Counted from the first letter of the stretch, positions 1-25,201 are shown. The stretch is DNA of 64,000 nt from Amoebidium appalachense (GCA_963693365.1 CAVNZM010000002.1:14789615-14853614); one strand, 5' to 3'. Numbers and translations are program-made. Notes: a model not told the origin generated them from the letters alone.

Positions 1-5
1 TCGAT

Positions 6-972
6 TTGAGCGCACTCGAAGGGTTAACCGGTCTTACTAGACTTGTGGCATGCATTGAGCGATCGCCGCACACTAGGCGTGCTCCCGATTTTACTCTTCC
101 ACCCCTCCCCACGCTACGGTATGTCGAAATCACAGCCCACGCGATGGATGTGGAATCCCTTTCCACATGCGTCCAATTGACCCACGTCAACATCGAGTGG
201 CTCTACGAACCGCAAACACTTTGCCCAAACATCCAATCAGACAGATTGACCTATTTGGGATTCATGTATGAACTAGGTTCCGGTGGCGGCCGACGTCGGG
301 ATTTGGGGCACACGTTCCCTGCGGAATCCTTTTCCATGTTCCTTTCGTCGTTGCGCTCGCTCAATATCCGGGGGGTTGGTATGGATCTACCAAACACGGG
401 GACTGTTATTGGTGGAATGAGTTTCCTTACCAATATCAATTTGATAGATTCGCATTTTGGCTGGCGCGAGGCGCCCAAAGGCCGTGGGTTTATCCTGGGC
501 GACGTTGATTTAAGCGGTCTCAATTGTTTGGAGGAGATATGTGTCGCGAGGGAGCCCTATGTATCGCAACTGGCGCTTCCTATGCACGGTGTTGAAAAAC
601 GTAAAAGTGTACGAATGCCCGGTTTTGCGAATCGCACAAGTTCCCGCCAGCGTTACATATGTGGAAATAGTGAAATGCCCCTTGGTGAAAAACACGGCGC
701 TTGCTGGGTGTGTTGCCTTGGAAGGAATCCGCGTGGAATGTTTGGAATCGGGCGGGAGAGATAATGGATGGGCCGACGTTTTACCTCTTGTTGGGCTTCC
801 GGCTCTCGCCACGGTTGACATTCTTGGATGGCCAAATTCGGATTCCCGGCCTCTCCTGGCATGCCCAAATTTGGAAGGTGTGGATGGCGATGAGAAAAAT
901 AGAACTCTGGTTAAGGTGCAGATGCTCTGGCGGCCCACTGGTCCAATAATTGAGGTAAGATTGAATACATAA
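6..972 (+). pseudogene. Intronless leucine-rich-repeat-like protein, 5'-incomplete, split by a frameshift near 582
   Basis: ORF 6..764 has LxxLxxLxI/L-type segments (LPPLPTLRYVEI, LSSLRSLNI, LSGLNCLEEI) up to ...QLALP. The LRR-like pattern continues in another frame (CTVLKNVKVYECPVL...LPALATVDI...ACPNLEGV; ORF 541..972). Either a pseudogene or a base-calling error. Confidence 0.5.
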
Positions 973-1182
973 TAATATCTTGGCTCTATCTGAATCACTA
1001 TATTAGTTTGGTTTATTTTTGGTGTCCGTTATAATTGCAGAAGGTGGGAGTGAAAATATTTCCATACGATAACAGATGCCCTAACTTAATGAATGGATTA
1101 CTAGTACTGATTGCATGACATAGTGACTGGGGTATAGTTTCTGTTTGCCCCCACCTCAGGCTCAAAAAGGGGAAGGAAGGAA

Positions 1183-1215
<33 letters not shown>

Positions 1216-1347
1216 CTATTACAACATCCTTACCTGGTACGTGAAATTTTTTCCTTTTCCTTTTCCCCCTTTTTTCCGTTTTTTTATTATCCCTTATTTC
1301 TTTTTTTTCTCTCTTTTTTTTTTCTTTGCGGTGATGGTGGTGGTGTG

Positions 1348-1460
<113 letters not shown>

Positions 1461-1513
1461 TTTTTGTTTTTTGTTTTTTTTTTGGGGGGGGGGGGGGGGG
1501 GGAGGTGTTTGTG

Positions 1514-1599
<86 letters not shown>

Positions 1600-1720
1600 G
1601 TGGAGGATGTGCTAACACTTTTGCCCTCAGGTGTAGGCAGAGGTCTCGGGGCCCCCTTTTTCAGCTCAGCGCTTCGGCCATGTGTTGGATCTCTTGGGCT
1701 TTCGTGTTTTTTTTTTTTTT

Positions 1721-1774
<54 letters not shown>

Positions 1775-2342
1775 TGATGTTTTGGTTTTTGGTTTTGGTG
1801 GTTGTCGCACATGTACACTTAGTCTAGTAGTTCATACGTGCACATGTACAGCTGCAATTGTTTTACTTTTAGTTCCACCCTTGGCCCCGCAGTTGTATTA
1901 CCATCAGCAGCTGTTGAATTTGTGCATACATATGGCAGTTGTTCACACATGTATGGTAGCCCCTCTGTGTTTAATACAGTTGTGTTTTATTGATGTACAC
2001 CTATAGCAGTAGGGATTCATACTTGTACTACAGTGATCATTATTATGGTACTAGGGTATTGATACCACAAGTTGTTAAGAAAGAATTATGACGTTCGCTT
2101 CTGCGTATGCTCGGTGTATCAAATTTGCAGCTCTTGACTATGCCTGTGGACAAATTCAGTTTTAAAAAAGTGTTTAAAGAAATTTAAGGGCAAGTAAAAT
2201 TAATCAAAGCATGTGCATGACACTAGCTTGAGGCAGAACGGCCCTAACTTTGAGTCATCCAAGAGGAAAGACGTGTGTGTGTGTGCTTGTGTCTGTTTCT
2301 GTATGTGTGGTTGTGTTTGTGTGTGTGTGTGCCGGCATGCCG

Positions 2343-2380
<38 letters not shown>

Positions 2381-3340
2381 ACACACACACGCACGTGTGC
2401 GCGTGGGTGTGCGGGTGTGTACGTTTGTGTCGCACGCGCGTGTGCCTATGTGTACATGTGTGTGTGCGCACACGCGCTGGCACGGCCCTATATACACGTG
2501 CACGCCCCACGCAAGAAGGTGGTGGGGAAGGGGGGGCACCAAGGGGGTCTGGAAATTTGAATTTCATTTTAGTCCACCCCCCCCTCCAAAACCCCCCCCT
2601 CCCCCCCCGCCCACCCCCCCTGCTTTTCCTTCATTTTCACCTTACTCTTTTGAGAAATCCCCTCAAAAAAGAAAAAAACTTACACACTGACTGCAGATCG
2701 CAGAACTGTTTCAGCTGCTTTACAGGGGTGGGGAAGGGAGCGCGGGTGAATGGGTGGGCGGGGGATTGGGTGTGTTTGGGGAAGGTTGGGGGGATGGGGG
2801 GGCTCCTGTATTACATTTGCCCCGCTCTTTTCCTCTCTCCTCCTTGTGTATTTACCGAGGGAGGGGAAAGGGGGAAGGTGGGGCCCGGGGGGAGGGGGGG
2901 GGGGGGGAGGGGGTGAGGGGGGAAGAGGGGGGGGGGGGGGAGGGGGGCTACGGCTGAGGCACACTGGTGTCATGATTAACTGGGACACACAGGAATCTGA
3001 TGTAACTTATTTGTTTAACCCATTAGCTGCAGTGCATCCGATTGTGTGGTCACAATTTACTGAGATATTAATAACGGTTTTGGTCAAGACGCACTTAATA
3101 ATATTAGTGGGAGAGAGAAAATCATAGAACTGCAACATTGCATCAGTGTATGGGCAGAGTACTAGTAGTTGCACTTGAATAAATCCGGCACAAACTTTAT
3201 CCAAGAGAAGTATTTCCCACAGACACACAGAGGAGCAAGCGCGCACACACACACACACAGACACACACGCGAGAGCGGACGCGCTCACATGCACATGCAC
3301 ACGCACAGTACGCAGAGTGGGGAAATGGGGGGGGGGGAAG

Positions 3341-3373
<33 letters not shown>

Positions 3374-3475
3374 GTGGAAGGGAATACAGCCCTGTGTAAA
3401 GGGCTGGTTCTGTTGTTTTCTGTAAGTGGAACCTCGCTGTTTGTATGTATATGTGCAGGCGGATGTGTGTGTGTG

Positions 3476-3514
<39 letters not shown>

Positions 3515-3671
3515 ATGTGCGAGTGTGTGTGTGTGTGTGCGCGCGCGCGTATGACACTGCGTGTGTGTGTACCAAGTGCACGCGTGCCCGCGCGCGCGCC
3601 TGTGTGTGTGTGTGTGTGTGCACGCGCAAGCGTGTGCGTGACTGTGCTTGTGCATGTGTGTGTACGTGTGT

Positions 3672-3702
<31 letters not shown>

Positions 3703-3755
3703 GTGACGTTCCAAGTGGCATGTGTGTAGTACAGTATGTGCACATTCTTTGTGTT

Positions 3756-3830
<75 letters not shown>

Positions 3831-4397
3831 GCACATGATTTCTGAAACATAACAACTTCTTTACTGAGCTACAAGCCAGTAAATTACTCTCCAGCCGCTG
3901 GAGGTATGTTCTATTATGAACTTTGGCCCATGTATTTAATCGCCAGGTCAAAGATTTCATTTTTAAAGTGTTACTTTTCCATTCCCAGAAAAACCAAAAA
4001 CAAGTGCAGAACGCGACCACACCGTTTAAAGTCATCGTGCTAATTAGTATCCAAGTGTGTATTTCATGTGCATTCATAAATGTATTATGACATAGACGCG
4101 TCACAAATAATCACCATCAATCACACACACGTGCCTCCATACCTTAAGGAAATGTAACATATGGAGCAAAAAGAAATTGATATCTTCGCAGAGTCATCAT
4201 TCGAAAACCATCGGATTTTTTTTGCCTATCTGATGTGAGCAGGTGGGCTGGTGTGTGTGTGTGTGTGTGCGCGCGCCCGCGCGTGTGTGTGTGAAAGTAA
4301 ATCCCTTCATTCTTGTTTAAGGTTGTTAACGATGATTAAGGTGCTTACCTACGTTCATGTGGTAAAGCAACATGAAATCCAGCCTAATTACATGTTA

Positions 4398-4914
4398 TCA
4401 CGCCGTATTTTCGATCGCCTTTTGCTCTGATTGCACAATCGTAATCGGTGCAACCTCCTTCGCTTTCGCTACCATCGGAACCGCCTCTTCCACAGCAACG
4501 GGCAAACTTTCCGTTTTTTCATTTGCGGTTTCCAACTTGATGTCCTTATTGGCCATAAATGAGATGTAAATATTCCAGAAGACACCAGCCAAACTTCCGA
4601 CAATTGGCCGGAAATGCAACGGGACGAACCTGAACTGAATCATGCCGACAAAGGGCCAATACATACTCCCCGCCGCGTAAGTTTTGGGCAAATCGGCTGC
4701 AATCTTGTCCCGTGCGTCGAAGATCGATCTCCCCGATAGAAGGGTGATTGACGTGAAGCTGGTGCTGATGAAAACGGGTGCAAAGCAAATGTTTGCAAAC
4801 ACCTGTTTGTGGGAGGAGGCATGTGAGTGAGTGGTGGTGAAGGGGGAGGGGAAGTGAGGGGGGGAGTAGGGGTGGGGATGTGGGTGGGTGGGTGGGGTGA
4901 GGGGTGGTGGTGGT

Positions 4915-4945
<31 letters not shown>

Positions 4946-5136
4946 CTGTGGGGGTACCTACCGTGGTGGTGGTGGTGTGTGTGTGCGTGCGTGCGTGCGT
5001 GTGTGTGTGTGGTTGTGCCCGGGGGGGGGGGGGGGGGGGGAGGGGGGGGGGAGGGAAGAGCGAAGTAACCGTGAATAGCTGAGTTTTTAGGTTTGGTAGG
5101 GGAGGCGAGAGTGGGGGTGAGGGGTGTGTTTATCTG

Positions 5137-5179
<43 letters not shown>

Positions 5180-5391
5180 GGGAGGGGGGAGGGTCACAAA
5201 TGCTAGCAAGCGATTATAGACGTATAGGCCTGGGTGTGTGTGCCCACACATTTCTCGCTAGCCTTCTCCCTCTTGCTCAGAGGTCCCTCCCCTTATTTCT
5301 TATTATCTCTCTCTCTCTCTGGCTCTCTCCCTCACCCCCTCTTTCTTGCTATTTGTGTGCGTGTGTATGTGTGTGAGTGAGTGTGAGTGTG

Positions 5392-5463
<72 letters not shown>

Positions 5464-6513
5464 ATGTGCACGCACATTTGTGCACGTACAGGATGTATGT
5501 ACCTAAATCTCGGCATAATTTGAAAAATCGCGGAGGGGTACAGATGGTCACAAGTGACCTGAAATGAAGTGCGAGAGGCACGAAGTAGAAAGACGATAAG
5601 CTTGAACGGGGAGGGAGGGGGGAGGAGGGAAGGATGGGCTAAGGGGGAGGAGCCCACATGAGCGACGTGCGGGAAGGTGTGGGAAGAAATTGTTGTACGT
5701 GTGTGCTCATGTGGTTTGGCTGCCGGCCTGACAAAAGCCATGTGGGATGACAGTGGTGTGTGCGGGTGTAGGTAGGGTATGAGAGGAGACGTGAGCAGAA
5801 GGCACACTGGGGGAGACGGGGGGGGGGGGGGGGGGGGGGGGATTGAGAGAGGGTTGGGGGTGGGGGGGGGGGAGGAGCGGGGGGAGGGGGAGGGGAAAAT
5901 GAAACAGGCTGGGCAACAGATATGGATGAACGAGTCCAAGGGAAAGAGAAACGGAGAAAATAACAAGCTCCCAGGAGAGCATGCAGCAAGACAAGAGAAC
6001 AGCCAGGACGAGGTGTTAAAAAGGCCGAGGTGCGAAGTATTTGTGCCTGTGAGTGTGTATGTTGTCCGCTTGTGTATGTGTGTGGGCGTGAGTGTGAGTT
6101 TGAGCCTGAGTGTGATGCAGCGTGTGTGTGTATGTGTGTGTATGTGTGTTTTTGCGTGCTAGTGTGCGTACGTGTACATTTGTTGTGGTGATGGTGGTGG
6201 TGGTGGTGGGGAGGGCTGGAAAGGGGGCAGGGAATATTACCTTTTGCAAAACACGTTTTACACTACTACCCGGCAGCATATTCTCGAGCCTGATGTTCCA
6301 CCAATAGTTGAGAGGGCCAGAAGCGAATACACCCGTCAAGAACATGTTGCGTGTGCGTATGAAGTCATGAGGTCTATTTTCCTGCCCTCTTCTCTCCAAC
6401 GTTTGACAAACGATGTCACCTGTGCCCATGGCTGTGCCGACGGCTAGGCAAGTGTTTATGGCACGCTTCCATTCTTTCGCCTTGGTCAAGGCGTTCTTCA
6501 GAGAAAGAGCCAT
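4398..6513 (-). CDS. Mpv17/PMP22 family membrane protein, 2 exons (6513-6241, 4802-4398)
   Basis: Exon 1: MALSLK...GDIVCQ...DFIRTRNMFLTG...GPLNYWW...VLQK|GTAATA. Acceptor ACAG|, then VFANICFAP...YWPFVGMIQFRFVPLHFR...FWNIYISF. These are hallmark Mpv17/PMP22 motifs, joined by a phase-0 GT-AG intron. Confidence 0.92.
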
Positions 6514-7313
6514 GCTGGTAAGCAAGGCCAAGAATTGCTGTGTGAGTTGTCCAGAAGGCCCAGGTATGATCTTTCAGAACTAGTTGCGAGAAGCTGGGAT
6601 ATCACTTACAGTTCAAAAGGGGTATACCCTGGTTCGATTCAAAGCTCAGTGCATTCAGGTATATTTTTATGTGCAGGTTGCTAGCGATTGTTTACGCACG
6701 TGTGTTTATAACACATACCCAATAAATAACACTCTACCACTTATTCCATCACTGTAGAGTATGCCACCTGTTCCGTCACTCAGTTTCTCATGTTGGCTGT
6801 GGTACTGCTGTACCTAACCAGGCTGTGGTAAAGCGGTCGAAGTTTCAAGCAACGAGGTGAATGAATAATAAATGACGACACACCACACCAGTCAGCTATT
6901 TATACTTGTTCCGAAACTTTGATGTCAGCTGACCAGTGGTTTGGGTCGATTCGAATCATCAGGCAGAGTTGCAGGTTACACTACATACAGCCTCTTTGGG
7001 ATCGGTTGGGTTAGCTGCTTCATGACACAGAAACGGAAAAAAAAAGTTGCAGTTTAAATACCTATGGTGCGGTAATTAATATAGATAAGAAATGTATTAT
7101 TAGCATTATACACATTTAAGCAATGATGCTTCCTCCCTGCTGTTCCGAACCTTAGGACACGGGGCATGCCGGTCCGACCCGAGACGATTCCGGGTCATCG
7201 TCAGTGTTCGAAATTACCAAAATACGTTTGGTAATTTACCATACTTTTTGAACGATTTACCAAAGACCGTCCAAGGGAATGGTACAGCCCCCCCCCCCCC
7301 CCCCCCCCCCCCA

Positions 7314-7347
<34 letters not shown>

Positions 7348-7355
7348 ACACGCAC

Positions 7356-7449
<94 letters not shown>

Positions 7450-8491
7450 ACACACACACACACACAGCCGTTAGCTGCAGCTCCTACTTATGCATGTTCT
7501 CGTGATAAAACAGCACGTTGTCGAGGTGTCCCAAAATCATCGATTTTGAGCGCGAAAACATACAAAATTCTCCAAAAAATTTCGGGCTGGCGCCCGACGT
7601 CCTCCGGGGAAGGCCCTATAGCTATAGGGTCACACCATGATCAGCCTGATGCACGTGTACGCGCCCCCTCTCCTCCCCCCCCCCCCCCCCCCCCCCTTCC
7701 CCCCCTTGCCTACTGTGGCCAGGGCCCCCCCTCCGACCCCCCCCCCCCCCCCCCCCCCCCCCGCCGCCGCCGCCGTCGGCGGCCGGTCCTGATCGTACGT
7801 TTCCGGATTCAATTGGCTTGCAACCGGCAGTAACTCAGAGCACACTCTTCGCCACAAAATTAAACACAGCGACTTCCGGGGAGGGCCCGAGGGGGGGAGG
7901 GAGGGAGGGAAGGGGGGGAGGGGGGGGGGGGGGGTGAGGTCGAGGGGTTTATTGGCAAAGTTTAAATTTGGCCGACTCAGTTACCAAAGAACCAGTTGAC
8001 CCCCCCAATAATTCGGGACTAAAATTCGAACCCTGGTCATCGTGATACCTTCGTAGCCAATCATTGTGCTGCTGCATCACGGGCTGTACTGCACCTAACC
8101 CTCTTTCCATGGGCTTACAGATAGCGTCCGCGAATAAGAAGCACCGCCAATAAGATTTCGCCCCCGGCAAAATCGTTTTTTTTTAAGATTCTGCCCCCCG
8201 GCCAGTTTTCGGGGTGATCTTATTGGCGGACGGATGAATAAATCATGTGGATCAATAATGACATGTTTGCCTTATGGTACGTCCCAACCCAAAATGTTAA
8301 TAATTATGCATATGCATGACATTGTTTCAGTGTCATATATGCATGTACCGACTGCTCATTCCTGGGCACATAAGTACTGTGCTGTGGTGTTGCCCCTCCC
8401 GTCAATAAGATTCTAACCCCGACCCCTCTAAAAACATTTTCTCTTGACTGGGATTTATTGATCAGTGGCCCAGCCACATTTTTGGGGGTTC

Positions 8492-9470
8492 TTACTCGCG
8501 GACGCTATCTGTATATATCCTGGCAATATATAAATAAACAATGGTATTTGCGTTTCTCTTCAACTCTTTTATGTATTTGAGAGGGGGGAAGAGCAGAAGG
8601 GGAGAGGACGGGATCAGAAAGAGAGAAAAGAGGATAGGACGGGAGTAAGGCTTTGAGGCCACACAGATGTAAATGACATGGAGTAAGTCGGGCACGAGCA
8701 CGCAGCAAACGAAACCAAACACAGACAAAACAGTATACGTAGTAGCAGAAGCTCTACCACAATCTTTACTAAGAAACGACGGAATATCTTGACACAAAAA
8801 CTCTTCTAAGGGTTGCAAACTCTCCGATATATCATTTTCATGCAGAGCAGCTAGCAAGGGTAAACCATATTCACATGTAGGCGCAGGACAAATGTGCGAA
8901 CAAAGACAATACGATTACGTGGGTGCGAGCTAATATCACGGAAGTGGTTATGTTGGAACAAATTCAGCTGTTTTCTAGCACTTGACACACGTTGACGAAC
9001 CATACCAATGAACATGATGCCGTCACAATTAATAGGGATACCTAGGTACTCATAAACAGGCGTAACTGGGACAAGGGCATCAAAGAGGAAGAAAGCTTGG
9101 TGGGGGGTGGGGTGGGATACAGAGGGACGAGGGACAATAACACCACATCTATATATCTTAGCTTCCATTAGATTGTTCTTACCCCAGGTTGTGACCACAT
9201 TAAACAAGCGCTGTAAACGGCGAGGGCAGTGGGCGAGCAAACACACATCATCAGCATAAAGGAGTGCAGGAGGGAAAGAAAGGGGGCCTTTTTCCGCAAG
9301 TTTGTCTAATGCGACTGCCAAATCATCTATGTAAATATTAAACAAAAAGGGGCTAAGCAAAGAACCCTGCAGCAGGCCATTGGCACGCTCAAACTCCGGT
9401 GACAAGCATCCATTAACAACAGCACGCCCACGGGTATGGTCCCCCCCTGCAATCCCCATCCACACACCCG
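8492..9470 (-). mobile_element. Truncated, degenerate non-LTR (LINE) reverse transcriptase fragment
   Basis: ORF 8851..9465 contains GLLQGSLLSPFLFNIYIDDL, LLYADDV and YEYLGI (RT domains 4-7). A post-RT-like continuation follows the stop (ORF 8492..8857). The N-terminal RT and endonuclease are absent. Confidence 0.88.
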
Positions 9471-9650
9471 CTTTTCCCCGAGTACCAATCCCTATCGATT
9501 GTGAAGGAGTACTTTACGTGGCGTGCTATTCCGGCGGAAGATAGACCAGATGATAGCTCGCACTTACCGGGACTGTGTTTAATGGATCGTTTCTTGTATA
9601 ACTAACGTTCAGAACAGTTGTGTGCATATGCAAAGGCCTAGGGTAGGGAA

Positions 9651-10090
9651 TTGCTCCCCAGATATATGTACAATAGTGAGCGTGTGGGTGAATCTCTAAT
9701 ATACCAGTTTGTATATGAGTTGACGTTTTCTTATTATTGTGTGAAAGCTTTACAGTGGAGATGTAACAAATACAAAGTTTTCAGATATGTATGCCCTACA
9801 CCAAACAACACGTGCACACCACACCATTTTAAACGAACATGTCCCAAAAAATGTGGTTTGTTCTCAACCTGTATTCCTCCAGACATACACACCCGATTTA
9901 CCTGGGCCCATACACAACATGCCACGTGCACAGTGAAAGACCTACCGAATTTTACTGTGTTTGAATTCATACTTAACTCAGGCGAATTTCTACTATTCCA
10001 AAAGTGTATGGATTATCTGGACAAAAATGTAATACGGTGTCAGAATGCTGACTAGGGCCGGTGTACTTGAAAAAAAAAAAAAAAAAAAAA
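9651..10090 (+). mobile_element. Probable LINE 3' end (Cys/His-rich C-terminus plus poly-A tail)
   Basis: ORF 9651..10055 has QWRCN...CPTPNNTCTPHHFKRTC, and its stop is followed within ~15 nt by an A-run at 10069-10090. It lies next to the RT fragment. Confidence 0.5.
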
Positions 10091-10758
10091 TCATATCTCC
10101 ACATATGATGTATGCCTGATACGTTATATCTCCACGTATGATTTGTATGTTGTAAGTGTAACCTCGATTTTTTACATGTTGGGTGGAAGTACCGCAGTGT
10201 TGGCCTTGGTGCCGACAACTCATCACAGCTCACCTACATGTCGTTAATAAACAGCACATTCCCCCCCCCCCCCCCCCCCCCCCCCCCCCTATTTAATTAC
10301 CCTCAACTTGCAATTAAGCTGCCCCGTTAGACGCGGAGTTTGCGACATCATGGCGATATTGCCTTATTTGGAGATTAGTGCATTTACCACCAATCATTGC
10401 TCGCTATTTTATCTGATGGCTCACAGAGGAAAAGAAACAAACGCAGCTAAAAAAACGACGTCGACAAACGAGAAAGGTGTCGCCGGCAAGACCAATGCAC
10501 CTTACTTGTGCCATATCGCCGGCGCGCCACTCGTTTATCTTGAGGAATAAAACACCATAATATTAAGAAAAGATTATTTGCTTGTTTATATGATATGTAT
10601 TTTTGAGTCAGCATCGCTGAACAATAATTACTGCCCTTAGATCAAAACAACATCGCCTTATTAATCTTCAAATCCTCTGTGCCGAAACACTTTTAAGTAC
10701 GTGCAGTTACTCCCATCAACGTAATATCATTGAAACCATACGTTATTTTTGCCTCAAA

Positions 10759-21344
<10,586 letters not shown>

Positions 21345-21526
21345 ACATCATGGCAACGCTCAAGGCTTGCTCAAACCTGGTGAGAGGAATATTATTGCTG
21401 GGCATATGTGTGTGTTGGTCTCAGACTACTGTATTCTGTGTGTGTACGTGTGCTCAGCTGTAAAAATAAGGGTTTGTGGCCCCAATGTTTCTGAAAGCTT
21501 TCCAACCTGGCTGTCTTCGATTTTTT

Positions 21527-21558
<32 letters not shown>

Positions 21559-21825
21559 CCTCCCCGCTTTTCTGTCCATGTTTTTTGGTTGCGCACATGC
21601 AATTGAGTATGTGACAAGTGTGCAGCCGTTCAAATTAGTGTCACAGTACGAGTCAAGGCTATGCAAATATTGGCCCCCCCCTCCTCCCCCTTCCCCCCCC
21701 CCCTCCCCCCCCTCCTCTGTATACCGGATGATGATTGGCCCCTCTCCCTTATCCTAGAATTTCCCTCACTCTCATTTATCAGCTCTTGCTTCCTAGTCAG
21801 GCTCTCCCTCGAGTCCCTCTCCGCA

Positions 21826-21884
<59 letters not shown>

Positions 21885-22028
21885 CCCCCCTCCCCCCTCC
21901 CCCCCCCCCCTCCCCCCTCTCGACCACACAACACCCCACTAAGAAGGCCTACGTAGCATGTACATGTACACAACCTACTCCCCATGCATATGGCCAGCCC
22001 TCCACGTCATAGCCTCCCTCAGCCACCA

Positions 22029-22061
<33 letters not shown>

Positions 22062-22172
22062 GTTTGTTTGTTTTGTTTTTGCGTTTTTGTTTGTTTGTTT
22101 TGTGTGTGGACATGGATGTGTGTGGTTTTGTGGGTGGTGGTGGTGGCGGTGGCGGTGGCGGTGGCGGTGGCG

Positions 22173-22230
<58 letters not shown>

Positions 22231-22252
22231 TGGGGGCCAAGGAAGGGGGGGG

Positions 22253-22286
<34 letters not shown>

Positions 22287-22443
22287 AGGAGGCAGCAGTT
22301 CATTGTGATTAATAATGAATATTTGGAATAGGCGTAATGATAAGCACAGTTATGTGCTGTATTGGCAGCTGCAGCCCAGGGTGCTCCTAAACCTAAAAAT
22401 AAAATGTCATCTTTTATTTATCACGGTCTCTTCTCTGCACCAT

Positions 22444-22536
22444 ATATTCCTGCTTCTTTGGGGTGTTTACTATAGTAGGCCCAGCCTATAGGTATTCCTG
22501 CTTTTTTGGGGTGTTTACTAGAGTAGGCCCAGCCTA
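22444..22536. repeat. Tandem duplication of ~48 bp
   Basis: TATTCCTGCTT(C/T)TTTGGGGTGTTTACTA(T/G)AGTAGGCCCAGCCTA occurs twice in tandem. Confidence 0.8.
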
Positions 22537-24625
22537 AGGAATGTCACACGTGTGCACCGTGGCACGCGTATACGCGTGACGGCCGCGACTGCAGCCCTGA
22601 TAATGCACTGAGTTCCCCGGGCCGCGGGCCCGCCCACACAGGACGTACGTCATCTCCAACTAATTTTAACAGGCCAAGGCGGTACTTGAACAGGGCCATT
22701 TGCTTCAGCTGCTTGCATTTGCATAAATTACATATTCCTAAAAGTTAGCCAAATCTTATGCCACTACCTGTACCTGTAGCGTTGCAAAGGTGACCGACCG
22801 TCTGGTCAGTGATTTCAGTGCACGTGTACATGTGCATTACGCTGTGACTCATGAGCATGCAGCATGCGCATGCGCACTGCGCAGGACCGTCGGCCGGAAC
22901 GGTGCGTGACCTACTCAAACTTGCTCAATTTGGTGAAAAGATACCACACAACATTGGTAGATCTACAAAACTTGGCCGGCATTCTAAAATACGGTTTTTC
23001 TAGAAGATCAGTGAGCTTGAAGTGCAAACCGAAAAAGTGTTCACAGATGCCGTAAGTTCATGGCATCAATTCAACGGGCGGATCAACCAATATTTGCTTC
23101 CGCAGCCCTACATAAACAGCATACGTACAGCTACCATACTACCAACGTTTGGAGTTACTTGTTCAAGTATATGCTGCGCTTTTCCCCTGGGCCAATCAAC
23201 AGAAAAGCCCAGAGAGATGATGTGCATTCCAGTGATCGCGGGCCGGGTCGGAGGCCGGGGCTGTGGGACGGTCCTTTTTATGACGTCTACTTGGCTAGCA
23301 CACTCAGTATTGAGATTTTAAAAAAGGCGGGGTGGGAAAGAAGAAGTCGAAGAAGAAGAAGAAGAAGAAGAAGAAGAAGAACCTCTACCTCAGATCTTTA
23401 GGCCACATAGCGTCATAATTCGCATGTTCACAGGTCACGGACCGGCCCGAAGATGAGTCAGCGTAATCTTGTGTCCGGCCTCGCAGACTCTGAGACGATA
23501 TTTTTAAAAACTTTGTATCGTTGCAAGTTAACCCTTGGGCAGACGGAAACGCGTTTATCTGAAGCATAGAGTAAGCAATTAAATTTTTTAGTACTCAAGC
23601 TCAGTGTAGATTAGAGAGATAATTTACATAATTATGATGTCTTGCAAGGGAACTTGCACCCACCGGGCAAGTGATATCTGTTTCATGCTTAAATCAAATC
23701 TTTTTAAACCTATGGAATATCAGATAACGCTAAGCCAGGTTTTTCAGCTCCAACGCGGAGAGAGTCAGGTTTCAAAGTCTATCGCTATTTGAGCACAGCT
23801 ATTTTAACATTTATCCACCAATCAATATACTTAAATATCATGACTCTTTATGTACGGCGGGAAAGCTCACATGCCATTTCTAGTGACTGGTCGAATGTTC
23901 CAGTGGTCTTGTGCACGGATGAGGCAGTCGAGCGACCAGTATGGTGCACACCTAGCCAGGCGCAAAATTCACGGTATTTTCAATACCTTGAATTCGTTTT
24001 ATTCTCAGTCTGCTACATACACTCCATTTTCTAAGCGAATAAATAGAAAAAGTATATGTACTCATCATTTTCTTCTCATATAAAACTATAAAGTGAATTT
24101 AAACATAAAATTTAAAGTATTTTCTTATTTGAAACTAACACATATCACCCTGAAGTACAGGTGGCCTCAAAGTTATAATACACCATGTATTAGATGTCGA
24201 AAACTGGATATATTTTGGATAACTGAACGAAGTTTGTGATTGTTATCGGGAAAAAAGCCCCTACACACCGTTTCATGGCTCTTTCGGCCTTTTCCTCCGA
24301 GTTCCTTGCCACGCACACCAGAACCATACAGACGACCTTTCTTTCGCTTGTTTATTTTTTCGTTTGTTTTCGCCGCAAAACGCTGAAAACTGAAGTGGAA
24401 AGAAGTGAAAACACAAAGTAAGACGAATTGGAAGCTAAGTATTTGCTAGAGACATACTATAGTTTTAGGAATCAGTTACTCTTTCTGTTTTTATGCCCTT
24501 TTGGCACGTGTAGTTTTTCTGAGTTGGGTTGACTCGAAGCTACGTGACCTGTTATCAAGCAAAAATCCAACTTCGCCTGTGTGCGTTTCTTACTCTTTGT
24601 GAAGTGGCGATAATTAAGCTTATAA

Positions 24626-25169
24626 ATGCAGTCCATGTTTCACCAACCCAACAAAATGGCAAACTACATGGTAGACAACTTAGGCTTCGGCACGGCCGGA
24701 TTGTCAGCTGGTATGTCTGTGCCTGGAAGTGCCGGCTTGTGGCAGCCTGGTTTCACCTTCCCCTCCGTCACCTCTCTTGCGCCCGCTCCCATGCCAAAGA
24801 TGGACTTTAACACAAACGTGGCCACATCCAATGTGTCCACGTTTTTGCAAAAGCTACTGGCCATGGTTGAAGACCCAACCTGTGACCATCTCATTGGTTG
24901 GAGCCCAGACGGCAACAGTTTTCGGGTGCACGACCCAGTTGCGTTTGCCAAGGAGGTCCTCCCTCGCTATTTCAAGCACAACAATTTCTCCAGTTTCGTG
25001 CGCCAGCTGAACATGTACGATTTCCACAAAGTTCTGGACGTGCAGCAGGGATCACTGGCAACTGGGGCACAGGAATGGGAGTTTGCAAACGCCAAGTTCA
25101 AGCGGGGCCAGTTGAATCTTCTGACGCAGGTATGTGTTTTGTGTGGCTTTTTTTTTGTGTGTGTGTGGC

Positions 25170-25201
<32 letters not shown>

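Noticed and set aside
8670-8705. TGCTCGT..GACTT similarity between the LINE downstream region and the 5' end of the structured repeat
   Set aside because: The match is too short to link the two elements.
22998-23005. TTCTAGAA as a heat-shock element, and the nearby TGCGCATGCGCA palindrome
   Set aside because: Only two nGAAn units, 1.6 kb from HSF; motifs this short are expected by chance.
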